Source: Corallochytrium limacisporum Hawaii (lineage: Eukaryota > Protista > Pluriformea). From it: DNA of 64,000 nucleotides. The stretch covers positions 247,143 to 311,142 of the forward strand of contig PDIP01000122.1 of NCBI GenBank assembly GCA_002811645.1. The letters are read 5' to 3'. Made by a program: the position numbers and the translations under genes. Shown in pieces: positions 31,334 through 43,321 of this stretch; the stretch's first letter is position 1; each line of letters begins with the position of its first letter. The notes under the pieces are model-generated. The model did not search any database and was not told where the DNA came from. It saw nothing but the letters and a program-made list of their open reading frames with translations.

Positions 31334-33889
31334 CTACCAGTGCTTTCTGCGTTCTGCAATCAGAGGGCCGTACACATCACGTTTCAGCCAAACATACCGG
31401 TCCCTGAATGGACCACGAGGAATATGACTGAACAGCCACCTCTGCATGTGTTCCTGGCTCATTTCTGAACTGGCATAAAAGAGAGGCAAATCCTTGCTGA
31501 ATGCCTCAGCCATTCTCAGATCGTATGCCATAGGAATCTTCGATGTGAAGTCTGGACCATCTGCGAACACAGCCACACCTGCCTCGCGTAAGCTTTCTAT
31601 AAACAGCTGCTCTTCGTCGACGATATTTTCAAAAAGAGATCCAAACTGTACTCGTGCAACTTTATCGTCTGGTACACGACCCCCATAGCCTGCGTTCATG
31701 ATCTTCGCTCCTCGACGCCTGACGAGATTGACACCCTGTAGAAAGTTCTGAAGCATCCACTTGGCACCCAAAGGATCATGGAATTTCTTGCCTTTGCCAA
31801 AGTACCGGGGATCGAAATGATTTGGATCATTGTCATCGATGGCGACCAGATCTTCTTTCCTCGCTTCACCTGCCACGAACTCCGCCTTCTGCTGATCCAC
31901 GTAGGTCATATCGACGCCAATGATGTAGATTTCGGTGAACCCCAGATAATGCAGGAGCTCCAAACCGGCAGCAGCCACAGTGCCCACGGTTTTCAAGGCA
32001 AATTGATGCTCCGGGTCGTCGGTTACCTTCTTCCTCGTGCCCTTTTCAGCAGCAAAGCTTACCCAGTGTATCTCATCCTCAATCTCCTTGAATGCACCCC
32101 GATAGTCCACCTTAACAGTAGGGTCTTCGTACACTGCGGGGATAAATATGTGACGATATGAATCCTTTGCAGCGATCACCTCTGGTGCAATGTCTGGGCA
32201 CACCAGAGAATCAATGCAAAGATAGAAGGTGGGGTTCCAGGACAGCCGATCCAAGAACAGGTCAAAGCGATTGAACACCATTGTGTACTCATGCTTCAGC
32301 AGATGCAAAGGCATTTGGGCGATGGAAGGACCGTTTCCGATGAGGAACACCCGCTTGTTCTTTTGCCGGTAGAGATTTGCCAACTGTACTGAACCAAGCA
32401 GTGACGGACATCCGGTACTTCTGTCACGAGCCATGTCTTCCACAGTTCCTGGAGCCTCAGCGCGCGATACGTCCTTACCCAAATATGTTGCGATTTTGGG
32501 CACGGGATGTATGTACCCTTTGCGGGGAAAGAGGTACCCTTGATATGGCAATCCACCGCAGTCAGTTTCACGCCGATGGTACAGTGTCACATCGTTATTC
32601 AATAACGGATCCTTACTTACAATGCGTCTCAGTCTATCGTCACCAACAAAGCCGATGTCGGTGAAGGTTTCATATCCTTGGAAATAGGATCGCATGGTCA
32701 AGACTTCCTGGAATGTAAAGTGACAATCCGCCTCCATGGCACAAGTGACACACGAACCCAAGAGCACGGTGTACGGTCCCTTGCTTCTGATGAAGTACAA
32801 TACGTCACTGGTCAACATCGGCAACTCCAGAGTTCCCCCCTTCTTCAAAGCCAATTGAAATAGTTCATTTCGTTCGCAGTCCTCACCGTCCTCTACGAAC
32901 ACATAACTGCAGAGCACCTCTTTGTGCGCCCGGACGTCAACACTCATTTTCTTGTCCAAATCTGCCACCAAGAAGTGGTTCTGTGTCTTGGTCCACTTGA
33001 TAACTTCATCAAGACAACAGCGAACCTCCACTGTAGGTGCAAAGAAGAGAGCACCCGCGCCCCCGGCCTTGTCCATAGTGTCCTGAATCAACCAGGCCCG
33101 CCAGAGCTCGTTGGTATTCTTGAGATCCGGCACTTGGCTTGAAGATATGAACGATGGAAGGTCATGGAGGTCCAGGCGTCGAATCTCTGCCACATTTCCC
33201 GTGCTGGCAATAATGTCCAACTGTGCATTAGTCAGGCCGAGATCAAACACAACCACCGGAACATCGCTGTTCCATACCTGCATGCTACCCAATAGATTCT
33301 GCGAGTGAGAAAAGGTCTCTGCGTCTGCGTATGTCACCACAACCATATCAAAGATACTCTCTTCCCAGCTCGGCAATTTTGTCGGACGAAACATTGGTAG
33401 TGTTGCTTGTGCACTACTAAGGCAATGCTCTGCGGCCGAGTCGCAAGGTGGGCACTCCTCATCTGCATTTACCCCTTGCCCTTCTCTGGCCCGGGACAGA
33501 TCATCCCTACATTTCGCCAATTGGACCTTGTCATCTTGAGCCGCTGTTGGGCTGGCATGCACTGTCGTGGTCACCGTAACGGTTTCTGCGGATCTTCCCT
33601 GGTCACGGTTGCCCTGATCTATGTGAGGGTCTGTTCCCGAAAATGCCCCTGAGAGGTACACTATCGTGAAGAGCAACCCTGCGCCCACAATTAGGGGTCC
33701 TCGACGAATTTTTGGCATCCCTACTGCGGAAGAACCAAACCGTTTCTGTGCCTCTATATCTCCGTAGCTCCTTTTTCGCATCATGAACCCGACATTTCGA
33801 CCGGCCCACGTGATGCCGATGTGGTGTATCTCAAACTTGCTTATCACACACCATGTTTTGTCTCGCTCTGTGGGTGTAAATATTCTCAT
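31334..33889 (-). CDS. Type II membrane glycosyltransferase-like fusion: DUF1647-like domain + DUF115/Maf/GT42-like domain
   Basis: TM helix PLIVGAGLLFTIVYLSGAF and a stem region. First domain: VVVTYAD...VVVFDLGLT. Second domain: RVFLIGNGPSI..TMVFNRF..LGFTEIYIIGVDM..DPNHFDPRYFG. The true start may be 33784/33781 or later. Confidence 0.75.
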   Translation of the reverse strand: MRIFTPTERDKTWCVISKFEIHHIGITWAGRNVGFMMRKRSYGDIEAQKRFGSSAVGMPKIRRGPLIVGAGLLFTIVYLSGAFSGTDPHIDQGNRDQGRSAETVTVTTTVHASPTAAQDDKVQLAKCRDDLSRAREGQGVNADEECPPCDSAAEHCLSSAQATLPMFRPTKLPSWEESIFDMVVVTYADAETFSHSQNLLGSMQVWNSDVPVVVFDLGLTNAQLDIIASTGNVAEIRRLDLHDLPSFISSSQVPDLKNTNELWRAWLIQDTMDKAGGAGALFFAPTVEVRCCLDEVIKWTKTQNHFLVADLDKKMSVDVRAHKEVLCSYVFVEDGEDCERNELFQLALKKGGTLELPMLTSDVLYFIRSKGPYTVLLGSCVTCAMEADCHFTFQEVLTMRSYFQGYETFTDIGFVGDDRLRRIVSKDPLLNNDVTLYHRRETDCGGLPYQGYLFPRKGYIHPVPKIATYLGKDVSRAEAPGTVEDMARDRSTGCPSLLGSVQLANLYRQKNKRVFLIGNGPSIAQMPLHLLKHEYTMVFNRFDLFLDRLSWNPTFYLCIDSLVCPDIAPEVIAAKDSYRHIFIPAVYEDPTVKVDYRGAFKEIEDEIHWVSFAAEKGTRKKVTDDPEHQFALKTVGTVAAAGLELLHYLGFTEIYIIGVDMTYVDQQKAEFVAGEARKEDLVAIDDNDPNHFDPRYFGKGKKFHDPLGAKWMLQNFLQGVNLVRRRGAKIMNAGYGGRVPDDKVARVQFGSLFENIVDEEQLFIESLREAGVAVFADGPDFTSKIPMAYDLRMAEAFSKDLPLFYASSEMSQEHMQRWLFSHIPRGPFRDRYVWLKRDVYGPLIAERRKHW

Positions 33890-34212
33890 ACACGCGCCCT
33901 TTTCTACCAGGTTCGTCTTCGATACCTTTCTTTGCGAAATGACATTGGGAATGTCTATCCCTTGAGGAATCTCAACTCGGTAAAACGGTTGGGGCCTCGT
34001 TGACTCTACAATCGGCGAGCCGATGTGTGGAGGACTGGCATTGGAAAACGGGAAAGTGGTAGCGCCTGCCTTAATTGGGGGGGGAAGGGTGTGAAGTACG
34101 CAGCGGGCAAAGGCTCAAGTCTTGAAAGTCAATCATCAATACGGTTCGAGTGTGATATCTAATACTTGTTGAATGTGCTAGGAAGTTCTGCTTCGGTTCT
34201 GTCAGAGTCTTG

Positions 34213-36015
34213 TCATACTGCAGAATGGTTAGATGCGGAGGGTTCACTGCCACTGCTGCTGTCACGGAGACTGAAACTCCGGCGTAACATTTCAATTCCG
34301 GGCAGCTTATGGTCGGCGCCCAGTGCCTTGCCTTTCGTTTCATATGGCAGACTGAAGACGCAGATGGTGGCTACTGCAGACATGGCGGTGTAGGTACCAA
34401 TTGCAGCCTTTGGGTTGTGACGCAGTAAAACCTCGCCGATGAAGGGCGTGATCATCGCACCGATTCGAGAGAATCCATTACCGAGGCCCATTCCCAAGGC
34501 ACGCGCATTCTGTGGCAGAACCTCGGGAGTGTATGCAAAAGCAACCTGGAAGGCACCGGTGATGAAAGCACGAGCTACAAAGATTACGGCAGTCTCTGCC
34601 GAACGACTCAGACAAGCAAACAAAATGCTCACAAAAACTGTGCAAACTGCAAGCTGGAAACCCATGGTGTTCTTGCGGCCAATTGTGTCGATACAGACTA
34701 GGGTGATCAGGATGCCGGGGAACTCAGCAGCCGTTGTGATAAAAACATCAACGTAGTCGGAGGTGGTCAGCGGTGCGCATGTTCCAGTATTGATGGAATC
34801 GGCACAGCCTTCAGGATCATTGCAGTTCAAGTCAGAGTGATCATCCACAGCGCACGTCGCCCCCTCAGCTTCCGCAGTAAACAGCTCAGAGGTCATGAGA
34901 ACGATGCCGTAGTAAGTTGCGGCCAATACAAACCAAATGATGGCTAGAAGAATGGCAGTCTTGCGCAGGTGAGGACTCATCAGTGTGCGCAGTTTATGCA
35001 GGACTGTCTCGGTTCTCGCGTTTTCGGCTTCTGCATCTGGTTTTATCTTGAAGTCCTGCGGCAGAGTTTGGCCATTTTCGTGCGCTAGGCGACGCATGAC
35101 ATCCTCCGCTTCCTGCAAGCGCCCGTGCGCCACAAGCCAACGAGGGCTCTCCGGAATGAACCAGGTCAGGAAAATATAAATGAAGACCGGAATGGAGGAC
35201 ACACCGATTAGCGCCCGCCAGCCCGGCTCAGGCATCAGTGCGATGGCTAGGGCTGCCTCAAAGATCGCACCAAGGGACCAGAAAGCACTCAAGACGGTAA
35301 TGTGGCGCCCACGGGCATTGGACGGCAATGCTTCCGATAAAAGAGTTACGCCTTGCGCCAGACCACCGATACCAAAACCTACCAGGAAACGGAACAAGAC
35401 CAGCCATCCGTATGACGGGCTAAAGGCGCTAAGCAGTCCCATAAATGCCATCACAATTGTGGCATACTGCAATGTTCTTCGCCGACCCATGTGATCCGAG
35501 GTATAGCTCCAGAACACTGCACCCAAGGCCATACCTACAAAAATAATTGTCGTCAGCAGTGCACTCTGCCAGTACTCGAGATCCCACTCACATCGCACCG
35601 CAGGGCCAAGGAATGCCAGGACCATCATTTCCATGGCATCTACTGTCCACAAACTGCCGATCAGCAGCGTCAAGCGAATCTGTGCTTTACCGTTTCCCAA
35701 CATCTCGATGGCTTCGTCAATCGAATAAGGAGGTCCAGTAGTTAAGCCGTTGAACGGGTTATTCTGATACACTCTGGAGTCGTTCTCTGACTTGGCGCTG
35801 ATGACACTCTCCCGTGGCAGTAGTTCTCCTTTTTTATCTTCATCCGAGTTTCGAAGCGTGCTAACGTTACCCACAGCACGGTTGTCTGGGTTCTCCGAGA
35901 CTGGCGTGCCCGTGTATTCGTCGTCATCATCGATCGCATAGGCACCTTCTGAAATGGGGGTAAGGTCACCGATGTCTGCCTCGTCCTCATCGAGCTTCTG
36001 AAATCTACGTGACAT
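34213..36015 (-). CDS. MFS transporter, SVOP / SV2-related
   Basis: About 12 hydrophobic helices. Motifs: DAMEMMVL, SDHMGRR, RFLVGFGIGG, PESPRWL, DTIGRK, YTPEVLP, LPYETKG. Confidence 0.92.
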   Translation of the reverse strand: MSRRFQKLDEDEADIGDLTPISEGAYAIDDDDEYTGTPVSENPDNRAVGNVSTLRNSDEDKKGELLPRESVISAKSENDSRVYQNNPFNGLTTGPPYSIDEAIEMLGNGKAQIRLTLLIGSLWTVDAMEMMVLAFLGPAVRCEWDLEYWQSALLTTIIFVGMALGAVFWSYTSDHMGRRRTLQYATIVMAFMGLLSAFSPSYGWLVLFRFLVGFGIGGLAQGVTLLSEALPSNARGRHITVLSAFWSLGAIFEAALAIALMPEPGWRALIGVSSIPVFIYIFLTWFIPESPRWLVAHGRLQEAEDVMRRLAHENGQTLPQDFKIKPDAEAENARTETVLHKLRTLMSPHLRKTAILLAIIWFVLAATYYGIVLMTSELFTAEAEGATCAVDDHSDLNCNDPEGCADSINTGTCAPLTTSDYVDVFITTAAEFPGILITLVCIDTIGRKNTMGFQLAVCTVFVSILFACLSRSAETAVIFVARAFITGAFQVAFAYTPEVLPQNARALGMGLGNGFSRIGAMITPFIGEVLLRHNPKAAIGTYTAMSAVATICVFSLPYETKGKALGADHKLPGIEMLRRSFSLRDSSSGSEPSASNHSAV

Positions 36016-37543
36016 TATGCGGTGTCTCTGGGGACGCTCGAGTGAGCCTGTGTTTCTTTAAAGCGTAAGGTTGATATCAAATCTTTGTCTCTATCATGGA
36101 TTCGCCTCAACAATGTCGGTCTTCCGAACTGCCCGCAGTTCTTCTGTTCTTCGCTTGGAAACAAACGAGTGTAGAGAACAAACGTACTGAATTCCAAATA
36201 GCTCACAAAACTCTTAGGTACGTAATGTGAATACGAAGTCACACAGAGAACACGATTGGATCTGTACCCGACAAAGACAATCTCTTACAGGATACTTGTC
36301 ACCCGTTCTTGCGCTGTACCGCCCACTCACTCCCCTCTGTGTTGGTTAGGACGAAGACCAATTTGCGTGCCCGTCCCTCTGGCGACGAAACCTGCGGTTC
36401 CTTCACTATAAAAACTCTGTCTTAGACTTTGGGGGCTGTGGATAGATCGCGGTGACGAGATGTTCAGCCCTCCCCCGCACGGGAGGTCCAAGCTTTCTGT
36501 TTCAGGTCCCCTTCGCCACGAACCCCAATCCGGTCTCCCCCAGACCCCTAACACGGATAGGTCTGGGACGACCTTATCTTTCAGTTTTAATAGTGAACAT
36601 GGGTTAAAATATATGCAAAGTGGATAAAATAGGACACATTCTTGGTGTGCCTGCGAGCTGCGATGGGTCGAAGAAACCAAGCCTACTAACAAATAGCTTG
36701 CCACCGATGAGTTGCAGGAGATCAGTACTGAATATACTGATATTCCTGCTCAGCACGGGGGAAGTTGGAACATCTCTGTTCGATGAGGGACCACGACGGA
36801 CTACCGGATGTCCCGGGAGAAGAAAATTTGTCATGGTGCAGGTATTCCATATATTCACAGTACAGTACTGAAAGAATTGAAACGTCTGCCGCAAAAAACC
36901 GATGACGACCCGGTCCCGGCGACGGAACAGGAACAACACGGGACTATGCATTAGGAACCCAGTCCTCCCAACTACGCGAGGGGGAAGGTCATTAAAGGGA
37001 AAAAAAAAACTAGGTACTTGCTCCCGGGAGCTCGGTGTCAAAATTGGAGAAAGCGAGGGCGGGACTCGCGGACACCCCACCACAAAACATTTTTCATAGT
37101 CAAAAGGGTCCTAGCCGCTCTAATTGAATGGGAAAATGGCCCCAGTGAAAAGTTTTTCTCTGGGTCGTTTACGGGGTTTGCGAAAAAAAAACAGGTGGGA
37201 CAGCAACAGAAAAGCAAGAAAGGGGCGGGCGATGTGGTGGTGGTTGACCAGGCGGTAATTTCTTCAATTTTCTTTCGCCAGGCAAGAAAAAGAAAGAAAG
37301 AAAGAAAAGAAAAAAAGGGCAGTGCCCCGCCCCCTCCCGGCGGGGGTTGGTTTTGTCGCTGAGCAGCTGAGATAGCAGCGCTCCCCCCCTCCCCCCCAGT
37401 CCCGTCCGTTTCCAGAGGAGCGCGAGAGGGGCACGCACGACCACCAGCGACGAAAAAAATCCCCTCCCGACCGCACACGGTGGTGGGTGGAAGAGGGGAG
37501 GAAGGAAACGGGGACTGTTGCTGCCAATCCCCCTCTTCCCCCG

Positions 37544-37548
<5 letters not shown>

Positions 37549-37577
<29 letters not shown>
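37549..37577. repeat. (CT)n microsatellite
   Basis: Perfect CT dinucleotide run inside a low-complexity intergenic block (about 36960-37770). Confidence 0.9.
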
Positions 37578-37582
<5 letters not shown>

Positions 37583-38226
37583 TCTTTTCTTCAATTCTGT
37601 TTTTTCCATTTATTTTCCGAGGTGCGGGCCTCCCTTCCCTCCCCACGGGGGTGGCACGGGCAGTAGAAGTGAACTGCTCCGCCATTCCAAACGCTGCGGG
37701 CCAGAAATTTTAAAAAGAGACTGCGAGTGCCCAGGAAGGGGGGTTGGTAGGGTGGGGTTGGGAAGGATAGGAAACGATGGTTCCGGTACATTCATTACCG
37801 CGATCCTAAATTGGGAGGTGCTGCCTACCGGTTCTGGCAAGTGTTTTGGCCACCTGAATTCGAGCAGTTAAAAAATGGGCCCCGCCTGTCTTGCGAGCGG
37901 GAGGAGCTGGAGGCCCCGGAGCGCTCTCACCAGACCGACCATCATGGGGGTTGTTGACAAGCTCGTGGCCAAGGGTTGTTCTGTCCAGTTGTGATGCTTC
38001 ATTCACTTATTAAGATGTTGCATGACAACATTATCATGTCTTTCCATAGTCTTTGACCGTGCATATGCATTCAAAATATTCAATGATATTTATTGAGGAT
38101 AGTGTATGTCCCAATTGATGTTCATATGCGGATGTCGTCACGGTCTTGGACAATGCCGCATATCCGCGGTATGTCTCTCGACCGATATAACGAAATCAAG
38201 AAGTGGTTTGGAATCTCCTCTGCAAA

Positions 38227-39294
38227 TTAAGCAAGAGGATTGGATTTCATGAGTTCAACGTCAGACTCAACCATCTCACGGACGAGCTCGGCAAAACTGA
38301 CCTTGCGCTTCCATCCGAGCTCCTTTTCAGCCTTGGCGGGGTCACCGATCAGAAGTTCGACCTCAGCGGGACGGTAATACTTGGGGTTGACAGTGACCAA
38401 AACTTTTCCGGTGGCCTTGTCCTTGCCAACCTCGTTTTCACCCTCGCCTTCCCACTCAATGTTGACCCCAACATGCTGGAAGCTAGCCTCCACAAACTCG
38501 CGCACAGAGTGCATCTCACCAGTGGCCAGGACGTAATCGTCAGGCTTTTCCTGCTGCAGAATGCGCCACATGCCCTCAACATAGTCGCGAGCATGGCCCC
38601 AATCGCGCTTAGCACTCAGGTTTCCCAGCTCCAGCTTTTCCTGTTGGCCTAGACTGATCTTGGCGACACTACGTGTAATCTTACGCGTAACAAAGGTCTC
38701 ACCACGACGAGGACTTTCATGGTTGAACAAAATACCGTTCACTGCAAACATGTCATAGGCCTCGCGGTAGTTGACACAAATCCAGAACGCGTACAGCTTC
38801 GCCACTCCGTATGGTGATCGAGGCCAGAAGGGCGTCTTCTCTGTCTGGGGAATCTCCTGAACCTTACCGTACAGCTCGGAGGTGGAAGCCTGGTAGAACT
38901 TGGTTTTCTTTTCCAGACCGCAAGTACGAATAGCATCCAGAAGACGCAGGGTTCCCATAGCGTCGACGTCACCAGTGTACTCAGCCAGATCGAAGGACAC
39001 CTTCACATGACTCTGGGCAGCCAGGTTGTAAATCTCAGTGGGCTTGATCTGCACGAGCAGCTTCACCAGACTAGAAGAGTCAGTAAGGTCACCGTAGTGG
39101 GTTTTGAGCCTGCCGCCCGTGTGAGCAGTCTTGTTCTCATAAAGGTGCTGGATGCGACCAGTGTTAAAGGTGGATGCTCTGCGAATAATACCGTGGACTT
39201 CGTAACCCTTCTCTAGCAGGAATTCCGCCAGATAAGAGCCATCTTGGCCGGTGATACCAGTAATAAGAGCAACTTTACGATTATCTCCCGTCAT
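38227..39294 (-). CDS. GMDS: GDP-mannose 4,6-dehydratase
   Basis: [75 protein letters not shown] at 39294 (aaaATG). Confidence 0.98.
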   Translation of the reverse strand: MTGDNRKVALITGITGQDGSYLAEFLLEKGYEVHGIIRRASTFNTGRIQHLYENKTAHTGGRLKTHYGDLTDSSSLVKLLVQIKPTEIYNLAAQSHVKVSFDLAEYTGDVDAMGTLRLLDAIRTCGLEKKTKFYQASTSELYGKVQEIPQTEKTPFWPRSPYGVAKLYAFWICVNYREAYDMFAVNGILFNHESPRRGETFVTRKITRSVAKISLGQQEKLELGNLSAKRDWGHARDYVEGMWRILQQEKPDDYVLATGEMHSVREFVEASFQHVGVNIEWEGEGENEVGKDKATGKVLVTVNPKYYRPAEVELLIGDPAKAEKELGWKRKVSFAELVREMVESDVELMKSNPLA

Positions 39295-39961
39295 TTTGGT
39301 ATAGTCCTTGAACCTAAAGTAATCGCTAGATACGAAACCATTGCGCCACACATCCCGTGTGTCTGGAGAACATCAGACGTTCAAATATCTCTCCATCACC
39401 GAACGTCCTGCACTGGCCAGCCATCATTCACGAGCCCTCAAGAAACCGAAACTACTGTCCTGCAGTTCGTTCCTCGAGACCCAATATTAACAGAAGCAGA
39501 TGCGATCGAGAGGGATGGTATTATAGTGTCAGGGTCCGATTTCCTCCACAATTCGTGACAAATTAGGGAGGGGTTGTGAGCGAAGACACAATCGGAACAG
39601 TGTCAGAAATCCAGTCACTGGTCATAGTTCTGGTTTGTTTTTCCTTTTCTCCCTCTCCCCGAGAAAACTTTAAGCTCTTTCCCTCCAGCGAAGATCGTTT
39701 CTACCTCGGTTGCCCTGCCAAAACCGCCGTCCCTGAACTGACGACATTTGCTAATTCCCGCCCCTTTCGGGCCACGGGGTCCGCCACAAGGGGAATTCGC
39801 TTTGTCCGCTTGGCTTTTCCTTCGTGGGTGTGCTGCTGAAACCCCTGCCAAGGCAAGCACATCTCTTCGGAGACCACATCTCCTTCCCGTATAGGGTAGG
39901 TGGGAGACTCCCAACCCGATGATGAAATACCGTAATTCGATGAAAAGAGTTTAACTGGTGA

Positions 39962-41185
<1,224 letters not shown>

Positions 41186-41632
41186 ACTTCGACGTTTAAG
41201 CAATAGAGTCCTATATTCAAATCGATAGATCCGGTCACGCGATTTACTGCAAGGCAATCAAATTCCTGATTCTCTGCAAGTTTGCCTTGCGTTATGTACC
41301 AGCTAGTGCATGTTGACGATGGAGTAATTGAGAGAATCCGGGACGACACTGAGGGCCAAGTCAGTTCCCCTCCCCCTCCCCCTCCCCCACCACGGGGGGA
41401 AGAGGAGACTGGGTGTCCGAACAGCAGGCAGGCACAGAGGTGGTCTCGTGCCTAACCTGCGCCGCTCCTGCTGGAACATCCATGAATAACTAGGTCAAGC
41501 TGCGTGAACATGCAGTTATTTACCGTGTAGCAGTCTCTTTCTTGTACGCCGATCAAAGATAAAGATATCAATATATTTTTGTAAAATACAAAGAGATTGG
41601 ACAATATGACTCGGGGCCTTTAAAACATCAAC

Positions 41633-43282
41633 ATGTCTTTAGTCGGGGCCGCTCGGTCTAACGTACCCATTCCGTCTCTGGACATCAAACGATTGGGTGA
41701 AGCCTTCCGCAATGGAAGAATTGACTGTAGGAATTTGGTTGAACAATGCGTACAGCGGATCAAGGAGCAATCCAGCACTGTGGGTGCTTTCACGCAGCTC
41801 AGGCCTCTGGCTGCCCTGAGTGCCGACGCGGAGGCTAGTCACCAACGGATAAGCACAGGAGCGGCACTCGGTCCGCTGGATGGAATCCCGATAGCGATCA
41901 AGGAGAACTTTGCAGCAGATTCGTTGGGACTGAATGCAGGTTGTGGGTCAGCACTCTTGAACCCCAACACTGATTCAAACCTGAGCGCAGCAGACGCGGA
42001 CATGGTTCGAGCCCTAAAGGCCGCCGGAGCTCTGGTTCTCGGCTCGACGTCGATGGATGAGTTTGCGATGGGCAATTCGGGCACGACCAATGCATCTCAA
42101 CCACGTGGATTGGAAGGGCTGAGGGACCAAACCACAGTAACGCGGAATCCGTTGGATCTTTCGCGAGTGCCAGGAGGGTCGAGCGGGGGTTCTGCCGCAG
42201 CAGTCAGTAGCCGACAATGTTTCTTTGCGCTCGGTTCCGACACTGGCGGCAGTGTGCGACTGCCGGCTTCATATTGTGGCGTAGTTGGACTGAAGCCGAC
42301 CTATGGCAGTTTTAGCCGCGGTGGTTTGACAGCCTATGCAAGCTCCCTAGACTGTCCTGGGATCTTAGGCGCGAACGTGAGCGATGTACGGATTGGTTTT
42401 GACACGCTTAGAGAGGGATTAAAGCAATTGGATTATGTGCGTGACATGAACTGTATTCTTGAGGACAGCCGGCACACCTCAGCATCACAGGGGACGGTAC
42501 AGACGGTGGGCATACCAAAGGAATGGATGGAAAGCAGTGCCATACCGCACCATCTTCGTGAAACGATAGAAGATTGGAAGAAGGTTCTGAGCTCTATGCC
42601 CGACATCACAGTGAAAGAGGTGTCGCTGTCGGCATCAACTCAAGGAGCATTAGCTGCGTACTACGTCCTGGCCCTGACTGAAGCCTCCAGTAATCTTATG
42701 CGCTTTGATGGTCTGCGATACGGCGGAAGACTTGAGACGGACCCGGAGCTAGTCAAGATGCTTCGCGATCCGAGCGCCAATCTTCGAGACCTGGCGAAGC
42801 GTGTACGTGGCGCTCTGTTCGGACCTGAAGTCCAGCGCCGTATCCTGGTTGGAACGTTTGCACTGATGCGGGACACGCGGGAGAGCTACTATCTGCAAGC
42901 TGCAAAGGTCCGGCGCCTAGTCAGCGAGCAGATGCACGCGGTACTGCGGTCAGAGTGTGATGTGCTCCTCTCACCTTGCGCTCTTGGTGCTGCGCCTTGC
43001 ATCGAAGACGTTGGTGAAATTGCGGGGCGTGCTAGTGAAGTAGAGGACTACATCAACGATCTCTTCACTGTCCCGGCCTCCCTGGCCGGTCTACCAGCGG
43101 TAACCATTCCCGGCAAATTTATCGACGTCGACGTGGACGAAGGATGCTCTGGTCCTGCTCCCTTGCCGCTTGGACTGCAATTAATAGGTCCCGCGTTTGG
43201 CGAGCGTAAATTGCTTGACTTTGCGGCTGCGGTCGAAGTCAGGCTGGACGAGCATTTGGAGATTGACGCAGAGCCATACTAA
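41633..43282 (+). CDS. QRSL1: Glutamyl-tRNA(Gln) amidotransferase subunit A (amidase signature), organellar GatA
   Basis: PLDGIPIAIKEN, MDEFAMG, PGGSSGGSAAAV, GSDTGGSVRLPASYCG, EASSNLMRFDGLRYG, GPEVQRRILVGT. The last two are GatA-specific. Confidence 0.92.
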   Translation: MSLVGAARSNVPIPSLDIKRLGEAFRNGRIDCRNLVEQCVQRIKEQSSTVGAFTQLRPLAALSADAEASHQRISTGAALGPLDGIPIAIKENFAADSLGLNAGCGSALLNPNTDSNLSAADADMVRALKAAGALVLGSTSMDEFAMGNSGTTNASQPRGLEGLRDQTTVTRNPLDLSRVPGGSSGGSAAAVSSRQCFFALGSDTGGSVRLPASYCGVVGLKPTYGSFSRGGLTAYASSLDCPGILGANVSDVRIGFDTLREGLKQLDYVRDMNCILEDSRHTSASQGTVQTVGIPKEWMESSAIPHHLRETIEDWKKVLSSMPDITVKEVSLSASTQGALAAYYVLALTEASSNLMRFDGLRYGGRLETDPELVKMLRDPSANLRDLAKRVRGALFGPEVQRRILVGTFALMRDTRESYYLQAAKVRRLVSEQMHAVLRSECDVLLSPCALGAAPCIEDVGEIAGRASEVEDYINDLFTVPASLAGLPAVTIPGKFIDVDVDEGCSGPAPLPLGLQLIGPAFGERKLLDFAAAVEVRLDEHLEIDAEPY

Positions 43283-43321
43283 ATTTTGTGCAACATACTT
43301 TCATATTTCTTTAGTTCGGCA

